NCBI GenBank assembly: GCA_041659405.1 | Contig: JBAZYK010000009.1 | Location: 47,107-79,106, forward strand | Origin: Candidatus Altimarinota bacterium | GTDB lineage: Bacteria; Patescibacteriota; Gracilibacteria; UBA1369 | Reading direction: 5' to 3' | Length of the DNA: 32,000 nt | Shown: positions 18,504 to 27,235 of the stretch, piece after piece | Numbering within the stretch: position 1 is the stretch's first letter | Layout: each line of letters opens with the position of its first letter | Translations under genes and position numbers: made by a program | Notes under the pieces: generated by a model | What the model saw: the letters and a program-made list of their open reading frames with translations, nothing else | Told to the model about the DNA's origin: nothing | Database searches by the model: none

Positions 18504-19442
18504 TCATTGTGGAGTATCGCCACCCTTATCTAACACGACCCATCCGCCACTTGATACAACTTTGCGTGTAAAACCGCCTTCACGGCAGCCGGCATAAGTA
18601 TAGTAACCACCAACTTTAGTCCAAGTAGGAGTTGTACAAACATTTTTATCGGTAACTTTTCCAAGCGGAGCCTTGCATTCACCAACATCTATCATCATTA
18701 CTGGTAAATCCGGATCAGTTGGGGTGCTACTTGCGATTGTTTGTTTGCAGTCAGTGCGCTTTACACCCTCAAGTCCTTTAATAAGTTTGTTTCTAAAACT
18801 ATCAATTTCCTTTGCTACCTGGGCTGGAACTGGAGTTCCTATAACAGCTGAAGTTAATTGCTTTATTGTAGCCATACCTTCTGCAGAAGGAAGTCCAATA
18901 GCTTCTTTCAATCCTCCGGCCGTATTGATATAAACTCCAAAATTACCCGTCTTGTCACCTGTTGCATTCATACAAGAAGCAAGAGTATGGGACATAATAT
19001 CACCTTTTTCTACAGATTCGAATTGAGGATTGCGACAATCTTGTTTTCTTTCTATGTTTATAACAATTGGCAATGATGGACAATTAATAGTACTCGTAAT
19101 TGAAGCTCCCATATCCGGTTTTGTTGGCATAGCGCCACCACTTTTAACCGTGCAAGTTGTCGGGTCAAATGCTTTCAATCCTTCTAACGCCGATGCTTGA
19201 AGGTCAGAAATATCAGCCCAAAATTCATCAGTTACAGGTTTACCGGCATTAGCTTGGACTCCAGTCTTTGCTGATGCAGTTTTAGCCTCTTGTGATTTTG
19301 TTCCACGTCTTAAAGAATTTGAATGAGTTGCGCAACCCACATTTGCGGCACCTGTAACCAAAGCAAGCCCTAAAGCCCCTGCTCTTGCTAATTTACTTAA
19401 TCCGCTTGGTGCTTCATCCGTTGAGTGTCTATCTAATGACAT
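18504..19442 (-). CDS. hypothetical, putative lipoprotein/secreted protein
   Basis: 312 aa; N-terminal ARAGALGLALVTGAANVGCATH resembles a signal peptide with lipobox-like Cys; multiple conserved-looking Cys. Confidence 0.7.
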   Translation of the reverse strand: MSLDRHSTDEAPSGLSKLARAGALGLALVTGAANVGCATHSNSLRRGTKSQEAKTASAKTGVQANAGKPVTDEFWADISDLQASALEGLKAFDPTTCTVKSGGAMPTKPDMGASITSTINCPSLPIVINIERKQDCRNPQFESVEKGDIMSHTLASCMNATGDKTGNFGVYINTAGGLKEAIGLPSAEGMATIKQLTSAVIGTPVPAQVAKEIDSFRNKLIKGLEGVKRTDCKQTIASSTPTDPDLPVMMIDVGECKAPLGKVTDKNVCTTPTWTKVGGYYTYAGCREGGFTRKVVSSGGWVVLDKGGDTPQ

Positions 19443-19549
19443 AATTTAATTGTTAATTAACAAAGGGACGAACTATAAACAAAAATCCCGATTATGTCAA
19501 TAGGCATTTTTGACAAAACGCAAAAACCTCATGATTTTGCATAAGTTCA

Positions 19550-19635
<86 letters not shown>

Positions 19636-19765
19636 AAACGTATCTGAAACACCTTATTTAAAAAAGGTGCAAAAGGATTATAGCGAAATTGGCCCTGAAG
19701 GCAAATAAAGTTTTTTTCAGCCTCATTTTTTTTTGGATCATGATCCCCCGTTTTCTTATTCCTTT

Positions 19766-20890
19766 TCAGGAAGCCTCTGCCTCAGAGTTAAACTTCAGCA
19801 AAGCCTGAATTTTCGCAGCAGTATCCCTTGCTTGCCTTACTTTTACGCCGAGTGCGGCATAGGTTGGTGGACTTAATTTCCCGTCAGGGGCAATGGTAAG
19901 ACTGGCCAAAAACGTCCTGAAAAGACCGGATTTGGCACTGGCCCCATCATCCGATTCCCTTTTTTTAGCTATTTCTTCCTGCGCTTGTTTTTCTGAAGCC
20001 CGAACAGTTCCTAAAAGCCTTCTAACTGCCTGATCTGAAGTATGTCCCGCAAGCCATTTTGCATTCGGTCCAAAAATTTCTTCGGCAACCACACCAAAAC
20101 CAGCAGCAGTAACTACCATTTCCAATAAGAGAACATGAAAAAGCTCTTCTGCATCCGGATTTTTTCCTAACTTAAAAGTGTCAATCTTCCTGGCCACTGC
20201 GTGTAATTGCTCCGCGGCAGTTTGGTGTGCTTTAGTTTGGTTGGCAGTACTTTCAGCCGCAGAAGCAAGCCCAATCCCGGTGACATCGATTCCAGCCCTA
20301 ACATAGTTCTCAACTGCCACATAAACTTCCAACATTCTTGTTGGATCCGCCAGTGCAGCTTCGGTGGTGATAGCTGAAAACCTTTCAAGTAATGCCGGGT
20401 CCGGGCCGGTAATATCTGCAGAGCCCACTGCCGGAAAGCCACCTAAATCCAAATGAGTCAGTTCCGCTCCGGCAGTAGCAAGCATGTCTCTTATTATCGC
20501 TGTATTTGCCGGAACCAGGGCGGGTAATCCGGTTTCCGGGTCAGGTTCAAGTGAAGCTTTTTTTAAACTACGCATCATTCTTCCCAGCTGATCTAAAATT
20601 CTCTGATACACAGATATTAAATTTGCTATCCTAAGAAGCACCTCCGGTTGCGCGAATACTTTTTCTGCGACCCCATTATGTGGGCTATCTTCAAGCATTT
20701 CCAAAAAACCATCTATTTGTTTATTTGCCTCCTCTACAGCCGCAATGTCACCTTTTTTAAGACGCAGAGTGGCTCCATGTGCAAGGCTCTCAAGTTCCGC
20801 AAGGTGCGCCCCGCCGTCACCTTTTTTAATTATTTTTCCACCCTTGTTATCATCATCTTCTCCACCTTCACTTGGTCCAGACATAAGCAA
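19766..20890 (-). CDS. hypothetical protein (start possibly 20884)
   Basis: 374 aa uninterrupted ORF, MSGPSEGGEDDDNKGGK... helical content; no recognised family. Confidence 0.75.
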   Translation of the reverse strand: MLMSGPSEGGEDDDNKGGKIIKKGDGGAHLAELESLAHGATLRLKKGDIAAVEEANKQIDGFLEMLEDSPHNGVAEKVFAQPEVLLRIANLISVYQRILDQLGRMMRSLKKASLEPDPETGLPALVPANTAIIRDMLATAGAELTHLDLGGFPAVGSADITGPDPALLERFSAITTEAALADPTRMLEVYVAVENYVRAGIDVTGIGLASAAESTANQTKAHQTAAEQLHAVARKIDTFKLGKNPDAEELFHVLLLEMVVTAAGFGVVAEEIFGPNAKWLAGHTSDQAVRRLLGTVRASEKQAQEEIAKKRESDDGASAKSGLFRTFLASLTIAPDGKLSPPTYAALGVKVRQARDTAAKIQALLKFNSEAEAS

Positions 20891-20951
20891 TAAATTAAAA
20901 TAAGCTGCGGGATTTTACAAAGCTTTAAAACAATAATCAAGTAATAACCAA

Positions 20952-20980
20952 TTGCCTTCTTGGCTTTAATATCCTAAAAT
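20952..20980 (+). promoter_or_regulatory. putative promoter immediately upstream of 20987 ORF
   Basis: TTGCCT, 17-nt spacer, TAAAAT; ATG follows after 6 nt. Confidence 0.45.
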
Positions 20981-20986
20981 AGACCT

Positions 20987-21427
20987 ATGACCCACGAATT
21001 TGTACCAGCATTACCATCAGATGAAGACTCTGGAATCGTATTAAGGAAACCTCAATTCAGAGGCGATACTACGCATGTTTTTTCGCCAGATGGAACTGAA
21101 ATTATCCAAGCACCACAAGCAGATCCCGAAGTTGATAAATTTTTACAAACAATTGCTGGATTACCCGATGAAGCACAAGCAGCCGCCTTCGCCGAGCTTC
21201 AACAAGCAAATAATCCCTTGTCCCAAAAAGTGCAGGCTCGCATGAGGGGAGAAAACGAAGTTTCAAAAAAAGCTGCTGCCGAGGCTATGAGCAAAGGAAG
21301 TGAAGCTCGCAGTGACAATATGGATGTAACTAGAGCCTTAATTGCCGGACAATGCGCCGCCGCCGCACAATTTGCTCAGCCAAGTGGCAATGATACAAGT
21401 GCTGCAATTATCAAAAAATCCGCCTAA
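20987..21427 (+). CDS. hypothetical protein
   Basis: 146 aa ORF in a gap between minus-strand genes, with promoter-like sequence directly upstream. Confidence 0.65.
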   Translation: MTHEFVPALPSDEDSGIVLRKPQFRGDTTHVFSPDGTEIIQAPQADPEVDKFLQTIAGLPDEAQAAAFAELQQANNPLSQKVQARMRGENEVSKKAAAEAMSKGSEARSDNMDVTRALIAGQCAAAAQFAQPSGNDTSAAIIKKSA

Positions 21428-21454
21428 TCAAATTTGTAGCAAATGCGCTCCAAA

Positions 21455-21850
21455 TTATTTTTCAGGAAAAAATAATTTTCCATCCGGCAACGGCATTGGA
21501 ATGCTTGCGTTCACAATGCGTCCATGAATTGCACGAACATCCACCTGGATTCTTTCTAGAATTTCTGCATCTTTTTTAGCCCCCTCCTCAGTAAGTTGTA
21601 GCCTCAAAGATTTAGATTCCTTGCCTGCGGGAGCAGCGTGAACCAGTAGTCCATTAAGAAACTCTCCGACGGCCAAGCGGTCTTCGTCTGGGAGTGTTTC
21701 CATGTCAATGCCTGCAGCTTTAAGCGCTGTTTCAATAGGTATTTTTTGAGCCCTCTTTGAGGAGCCAACCGTACCAATTACAACAAGAAGTCTTTCCACG
21801 GGAGTAAGCTTATCAAAGTTGCCTGCTTCGTTTGTAGATGTTTCTGCCAT
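21455..21850 (-). CDS. hypothetical protein
   Basis: 131 aa ORF MAETSTNEAGNFDKLTPVERLLVVIG...; amino-acid composition looks genuine. Confidence 0.7.
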   Translation of the reverse strand: MAETSTNEAGNFDKLTPVERLLVVIGTVGSSKRAQKIPIETALKAAGIDMETLPDEDRLAVGEFLNGLLVHAAPAGKESKSLRLQLTEEGAKKDAEILERIQVDVRAIHGRIVNASIPMPLPDGKLFFPEK

Positions 21851-21936
21851 AAAACTAACAATAATAAATTAACAATAGTATTATCGCACATATTACACGC
21901 TGGGTCAATCAACACTAGACGAACGAAAATTATAGT

Positions 21937-22839
21937 TTAATTGGCTTTTTCCAAATATTCCCTTGAAGCATCATCTACCTGAAAAGTTTTCAAAGCTTCC
22001 AGTAATACCTCAAGCGGCTTTTTGCCATTAAAAATTTCTGCAAATTTTGCTGGCTCTCCTGCTCTGCAACAATCAATCGGTTGCCTATTTAAGTAAATTT
22101 CCCAATCTCTCAAACCATTCCATCCTTTATTTCTTTCGGTTGGTTGCCTGCCAGAAGCCGTATTATCAAATCCGACATCAAGGCTATCCATAGCCTTAAT
22201 TGTCAATGATACGCCTCCATGGCTACTGCAATTTTTTGATACCGCAAACTGATTTCCTCCAATTTGAGATGTGCCATTTATTCGATATCCATTTGTAAAC
22301 AATCGCTCAAATAAGCCATTTATTTCTCTTGTAATGGCCAAGTCATGTTCTCGTTTTTCACGTTTAGCGGGATCAAAATGATTATCAGCATTTCGGGACA
22401 CATCATCAAAATCAGCCAAAAGCATAGCAGCTAAAACCATGATTTGTTCTCTTGTAAAACCAATTCTTTCCGCAATTTTAGGAAATTGCTCATCTTGCAA
22501 ACCTACTTGTTCAATTTCAAGTACTGACATTTCAACAGATTCATTGCCAATAATAGGAAATCCTTTGCTCTCTCCATCTGGAAAATGAATGATTAAAAGA
22601 TCATGAAGTCGTTCAGCAATCGAACCTTTCGGAATATTTACTTCATTTTTATTATTATCAAGCAATTTTAGGTCTTCCTGTATTAAAAATCGAAGTTTTG
22701 GATGAGCGACATGCCCAAATTTATCTTTTTGCTCAGTCATGAACATTTCTGGCAAATCAGCAACTGAATATATTTTAGCTTGTTTTGGACCTTCTGCGGC
22801 TGAAGATTCCATAAATAAAAATTTAAAAATAGACCACAT
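21937..22839 (-). CDS. hypothetical protein (start probably MESSAAEG at 22812)
   Basis: 300 aa ORF with balanced composition; no recognised domain. Confidence 0.75.
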   Translation of the reverse strand: MWSIFKFLFMESSAAEGPKQAKIYSVADLPEMFMTEQKDKFGHVAHPKLRFLIQEDLKLLDNNKNEVNIPKGSIAERLHDLLIIHFPDGESKGFPIIGNESVEMSVLEIEQVGLQDEQFPKIAERIGFTREQIMVLAAMLLADFDDVSRNADNHFDPAKREKREHDLAITREINGLFERLFTNGYRINGTSQIGGNQFAVSKNCSSHGGVSLTIKAMDSLDVGFDNTASGRQPTERNKGWNGLRDWEIYLNRQPIDCCRAGEPAKFAEIFNGKKPLEVLLEALKTFQVDDASREYLEKAN

Positions 22840-22921
22840 CTTAGCTTCGTGACTTTCTAACTGTCAAATTAAAAACCCATAAACGAGAAATACTCTAACC
22901 AAATCGACCCAGCCCAATTGT

Positions 22922-23178
22922 GGTTTTGTCTTTTGATATACAAAAAATCATTCTAAAAAAAACATGAGCGAGAAATACTCTGAGCAAATTGAGGAATTTT
23001 CTTTTGATATACAATAAAACATTCCAAAAATTGTCATGAGCAAAATGAGGAAATCCAGATTTTGGGTCTTGTGGGTCCCAAGATTTGGATTTCCGATTAA
23101 CGCGAATGATAATTTTTGGAATTCACTATAGGGAAAAAGTTCCCAAAAGAAAAAAACCGCCAGGTTTTGTCTTTTGAT
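22922..23178. repeat. cluster of short direct repeats (GGTTTTGTCTTTTGAT x2; CTTTTGATATACA...CATGAGC x2)
   Basis: 16-nt identical copies at 22922-22937 and 23163-23178; CTTTTGATATACA at 22930 and 23001. Confidence 0.8.
23021..23122. repeat. large two-part inverted repeat / stem-loop
   Basis: 46-nt arms, 10-nt loop. ATTCCAAAAATT[G/A]TCAT outer arms and an 18-bp inner stem, GGAAATCC..TTTTGGG against CCCAAG..GGATTTCC. Confidence 0.85.
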
Positions 23179-23184
23179 TATTCA

Positions 23185-23260
23185 TGGAGCCACCTGTCGG
23201 ATTCGAACCGACGACCCACTGTTTACAAAACAGTTGCTCTACCAGCTGAGCTAAGGTGGC
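23185..23260 (-). tRNA. tRNA-Thr (anticodon TGT), CCA encoded
   Basis: GCCACCTTAGCTCAGCTGGTAGAGC...CTGTTTTGTAAACAG...GGTTCGAATCC...AGGTGGCTCCA cloverleaf. Confidence 0.96.
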
Positions 23261-23511
23261 TCACGCTTGAAACCTATTCTATTCAGATAATTACTTCTGA
23301 ATGCTGGTAATAACTTCTCCCAAAAATGGGCAAAGAGATGATAGGTTAACACATCATAACTGTCAAATAGAATGACTATTTAAAAAATATCATTCATGTA
23401 GATGTGCTTTTTCAGCGCTTTTTAAAGCTCCATTTCTTGTGCATTAACACTTTTTGTAATACTCTTTTACCACAGCCGTTTTATCAATCGATTACCAATT
23501 AATATTTATTT

Positions 23512-24315
23512 ATGAAAAACACAGCCAAGATCTTCTTAATGTCCGGTTTTATTGCGATTTTTCTTACAGGTTGCAGTAACGTCACAACCGATCAATCGGG
23601 CGCAAATCAAACACTTTCCAAGCAAGCTCAAAGCAAAACCGAAACATCTGTTATTCCTCAGACTCCGGCTCCGGTGGTAACCCAGGCACCATCTACGGAA
23701 ATAAATCCAAATGCAAAATATGAAGTTTCATTAAATAAAGATAATACCAAGTTTATCGTCACTAAAGACGGTAAAGACTTTGTAACGGGCAATGTTTCCG
23801 GAATTATGCCCGGAACCAATGGAGATGAAGAAGTGGCAATTCTAAAGCAAACGCCAAAAAATCTTTATGTACAAACTTGCGCAACCGGTTTTGGTGGCTA
23901 TATTTTATACAAATTTTGTTATGGATCAGTTTACAAGGTGGACTTAAGTACTGCTGCGGTTACTGACTATAAACTTGCGCATGTTTTGGATATTTCCGAT
24001 GATGAAACCATGGCTGCCTCGGTCGATATCAGCAAAAAAAAGATAATCATAACCAATCTTTCTACCAAAACCTCTTCGACCTTTGAGGTTGACTCAAAAT
24101 TCAACCAGTTTGGTGATATGAAGTTTTCACCTAAGAGTGATAAATTTGCTTATGCTGCTGCGGTAGGTGAACCGGGAGCTGAATCAGGTGTGGTTATTTC
24201 TGTTGATCTTAAGAGCAAAAAACAAACCCAGGTCGCAAAGACAAAGGGCTCAGATAATTACTTCAAGGTATTGGGTTGGAAAGATAATAACACCGTAGAT
24301 TACAAAGAAGTTTAA
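23512..24315 (+). CDS. putative lipoprotein, hypothetical
   Basis: 267 aa; signal peptide MKNTAKIFLMSGFIAIFLTGC with good lipobox (FLTGC), then a TolB/WD-like beta repeat-looking body. Confidence 0.8.
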   Translation: MKNTAKIFLMSGFIAIFLTGCSNVTTDQSGANQTLSKQAQSKTETSVIPQTPAPVVTQAPSTEINPNAKYEVSLNKDNTKFIVTKDGKDFVTGNVSGIMPGTNGDEEVAILKQTPKNLYVQTCATGFGGYILYKFCYGSVYKVDLSTAAVTDYKLAHVLDISDDETMAASVDISKKKIIITNLSTKTSSTFEVDSKFNQFGDMKFSPKSDKFAYAAAVGEPGAESGVVISVDLKSKKQTQVAKTKGSDNYFKVLGWKDNNTVDYKEV

Positions 24316-24342
24316 AGCGGAAGCACATCAAACGCATACACA

Positions 24343-25470
24343 ATGCCAATTATGAACACAAACGGAGCCGGTTCGGCTGTTTCTAGGGAACTTCTGGAGA
24401 AGTTTCCAAATATTGAAGCAAGCAAACCACTCGCACCGCTTAACACCATGCATATTGGTGGTCCGGCTGATCTTTATTACAAACTCACCAATATTGATGA
24501 GTTACCGGAACTGCTTCAGGAAGCCCATAAACTCCAAATCCCCTACTTCATTTTAGGCGGCGGCAGTAACACCGTTTTTGCCGATGAGGGCTTTCGTGGC
24601 CTGGTTATCCACCTTCAAGCCAAAAATATTGCACTGGAACCGGTCGCCACCGGCGAACAGCCGGATTCAACTTTTGCGAATCCTCAATCTGTGCCCGGGC
24701 ACAGCCAAGGGTCTCCCAAATCCAGTCTCCCAAATCCAGTCTCCCAAATCCTATCTCCAAAGTCCCACCTCCTGACCGCCGAATCCGGCGCTTCGTTGTC
24801 TCAAGTTATTCAATTCGCCCTTAAAAACAACCTTATTGGTATGGAAAAACTTATGGGGATACCGGGCACAATTGGCGGAGCAGTGCGTGGAAATGCCGGT
24901 GCGTTTGGCGTAGAAATCAAAGATCTCTTCCAGAAAGCACTAATTTATTCTCCTAAGACGGTCGATATTGACGCGCAAAATCGCCTTCCCCAAGCCATTC
25001 GTGAGGTCGATTCGCAGTATCTTGATTTCAGCTATCGCAACTCCAAAATTAAAAAATCGTCCGAAATTATTTTAAAAGTCTATTTTAAATTGCATTCGGC
25101 TGATTCGGAAACTATCAAAAAGGCAATGGATGAAACTGCTGATATTCTTAAAAACCGCGTAAGTAAGCAGCCAAAAGGTTATTCTACGGGCTCGATTTTT
25201 AAAAATCCCGGAGGTAGTCCAAGTGATCCAACCGGCCAAGATCCAAAACTAAAAGCCGGTTATTTATTGGAACAGGTTGGTGCCAAAGGCCTACAGGTGG
25301 GCCAAATCAAAGTATCCGACCAGCACGCCAACTGGTTCCTAAACCTTGGTGGAGGCACTCAAAAGGACTTAATCCAGCTTTGCGGAATCCTTAAAGCTAA
25401 GGTAAAAGAACGTTTTAATGTAGATCTTGAGCCGGAAATTCAGCTTGTTTCTGCGGAGAATGCTGTCTAA
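24343..25470 (+). CDS. murB: UDP-N-acetylenolpyruvoylglucosamine reductase with low-complexity insertion
   Basis: NTMHIGGPADLYY, YFILGGGSNTVFADEGF, GIPGTIGGAVRGNAGAFG, YRNSKIKKSSEIIL, GSIFKNPGG, GGGTQKDLIQL. Confidence 0.95.
   Translation: MPIMNTNGAGSAVSRELLEKFPNIEASKPLAPLNTMHIGGPADLYYKLTNIDELPELLQEAHKLQIPYFILGGGSNTVFADEGFRGLVIHLQAKNIALEPVATGEQPDSTFANPQSVPGHSQGSPKSSLPNPVSQILSPKSHLLTAESGASLSQVIQFALKNNLIGMEKLMGIPGTIGGAVRGNAGAFGVEIKDLFQKALIYSPKTVDIDAQNRLPQAIREVDSQYLDFSYRNSKIKKSSEIILKVYFKLHSADSETIKKAMDETADILKNRVSKQPKGYSTGSIFKNPGGSPSDPTGQDPKLKAGYLLEQVGAKGLQVGQIKVSDQHANWFLNLGGGTQKDLIQLCGILKAKVKERFNVDLEPEIQLVSAENAV
24711..24766 (+). repeat. 14-bp tandem repeat (GTCTCCCAAATCCA, ~3-4 units) inside murB
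   Basis: GTCTCCCAAATCCA GTCTCCCAAATCCA GTCTCCCAAATCCT aTCTCCaAAgTCC. Confidence 0.85.
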
Positions 25471-25571
25471 CTAACGCTTATTTTTGTCTTCTGAAAGCCA
25501 AAAAAAGCTTATTCCTAAATTACCCAACACTTTTAAGGTCCGGCAATTCATTAAAATTGTCTTAACACCGA

Positions 25572-25600
25572 TTGCGTTATAAGCTGCTTTTTGGTATACT
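25572..25600 (+). promoter_or_regulatory. sigma70-type promoter for the VirB2-like pilin gene
   Basis: TTGCGT, 17-nt spacer, TATACT; 35 nt before ATG. Confidence 0.65.
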
Positions 25601-25634
25601 GATCTGAAGTATAAAAATTCTAACCAATAAAAAT

Positions 25635-26039
25635 ATGCAAAAAATGCTTACAAAGACCAATATCAAGAAAGTAGCAGTAACGCTGCTCATGACGCTCGTT
25701 CTAATGATGTCCACAGTGATGTCAGTAGGCGCTCAAGACGGATTCGGTATTACAGGTGCCTCTCCAGCCGCAGTCACATCTTCTACAGGTGGTCAGGGGA
25801 GTCTCCGTCAGTTAGCTTTAACAATCGTAAACTTTGCTCTAACATTCCTTGGCTTAATCGCCGTTATAATGATTATCTATGGAGGTTTCCTTTATGTGAC
25901 AGCCGCTGGTAAGGAAGACAAGGTTGAAACAGGCAAAAAGATCATTATGTATTCAATTATGGGTATCGTGATCATCTTGTTATCATTCGCCATCGTCAAC
26001 ACTGTTCTTACAGCAGGTACAGGCGCTACAACAGGCTAA
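25635..26039 (+). CDS. VirB2/TrbC-like type IV secretion pilin-family small membrane protein
   Basis: 134 aa; signal peptide, two TM helices (IVNFALTFLGLIAVIMIIYGGFLYVTAAGKEDKVETGKKIIMYSIMGIVIILLSFAIVNTV) typical of the CPR pilin family. Confidence 0.8.
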   Translation: MQKMLTKTNIKKVAVTLLMTLVLMMSTVMSVGAQDGFGITGASPAAVTSSTGGQGSLRQLALTIVNFALTFLGLIAVIMIIYGGFLYVTAAGKEDKVETGKKIIMYSIMGIVIILLSFAIVNTVLTAGTGATTG

Positions 26040-26066
26040 TCGCAAGCGAGAAAAACTATCAACAAC

Positions 26067-26099
26067 AAAAAGCCCCTTCTATAAAAAAGGGGCTTTTTT
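26067..26099 (+). terminator. intrinsic terminator
   Basis: AAAAAGCCCCTTCTATAAAAAAGGGGCTTTTT hairpin with T tract, between converging genes. Confidence 0.92.
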
Positions 26100-26131
26100 A
26101 GTACCGATTTAATAAATAATTTATAAATCGT

Positions 26132-26995
26132 TCATCTTTTTTTGCTACCATGAACTTTTGTGCCCGTGCCCTTTTTCTTTTGTGTCCTGCGTCTATTGGA
26201 CTTCATTTTCTTCTCCTTTGTCTGCTGTATCTCCTTATCTATCTGATCGCTATATTTCTCCGCCGCCTCCCAGGCCAATTCAAAAGTTTGTTTAAAAGCC
26301 TTGGCGATTTCTTTGCTTTCAATAATGATTCCGAGCATCTCTTTCCAGTCGGCAATCATAATTTTATTATCAAATAAATTGATCTCCGGCGTAAAGTCCA
26401 GCTTGTCCAAAGGCAATAATCGGCTTCTTCGTAGTTCCTGGTTATCCAGGCCGTGTCTTTCGCGATCTTTTGGTGTATCCGGAAACAGGGCTCTAATCGG
26501 AATTTTTTTGGCGGCACGGCGCTTGTAGTATTTTGGGAAATACCACGGAATGGCTTCCTGATTTACCTGGTCGCTGGCATAGGCCAAAATTTCCTCAGTG
26601 GAATTTAAAGTTTCTTCATACACACGAATCAGCCCTTCTTCGCCTTCATAAAAATAAACCTTTGGCCTGCCGGAAGCGTGATAATGGGTGGTCAATTCAG
26701 GCAAGATTTCGTCCGCTTCATTGGCCAGACGTGCATATTTTTCACTTTGTTCTTTTAAATAGGCGATAATTTTGGCTGGAGGAAGCGCTTCGTAATAACG
26801 ATTCCCTCTTTTATTTTGACTGATCACAATTCCTTTTTGCACCAGTTGATCCAGAATATCATAAGCGGTTGTGCGGTTAATACCGGCCTTTTTGGCGATT
26901 GTGGAAACCGGTGAAGCAACGCCAAGCTCCATTGCCGCCATATAAAGTTGAGCTTCTTTTATGTTTAGTCCAAGTTTTTGCAGGTTCGCAATCAT
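26132..26995 (-). CDS. TrmB-family transcriptional regulator
   Basis: 287 aa; N-terminal wHTH (LNIKEAQLYMAAMELGVASPVSTIAKKAGINRTTAYDILDQLVQKGIV) plus PLD-like effector region. Confidence 0.88.
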   Translation of the reverse strand: MIANLQKLGLNIKEAQLYMAAMELGVASPVSTIAKKAGINRTTAYDILDQLVQKGIVISQNKRGNRYYEALPPAKIIAYLKEQSEKYARLANEADEILPELTTHYHASGRPKVYFYEGEEGLIRVYEETLNSTEEILAYASDQVNQEAIPWYFPKYYKRRAAKKIPIRALFPDTPKDRERHGLDNQELRRSRLLPLDKLDFTPEINLFDNKIMIADWKEMLGIIIESKEIAKAFKQTFELAWEAAEKYSDQIDKEIQQTKEKKMKSNRRRTQKKKGTGTKVHGSKKR

Positions 26996-27235
26996 GGAAA
27001 TAGCTAAAAATTTATAGAATTTTCTTTAGGATGCTTGTGTGGAAAATAATCGTCAGAATAAATTTTAACTCAAAAGCAGCTCAAAAGAAAGGCAAAAAGC
27101 GCTTATCAGGTATGTCATATTTTAAAGACACTGGCTTGACAATCTGCTGTGTTTCGACGATTATTATGTTCTTGTATTTAGAATTCGTACACAAAAAATT
27201 GGACTCACAAAATATCATCAAATTTTCAATTTAAT

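Noticed and set aside
22884-23178. CRISPR array suspicion because of repeated short sequences
   Set aside because: Repeats are not evenly spaced, units diverge, and no cas gene is present in the window.
23116-23310. 64-aa ORF WSHLSDSNRRPTVYKTVALPAELRWL
   Set aside because: Translation of the complement of tRNA-Thr.
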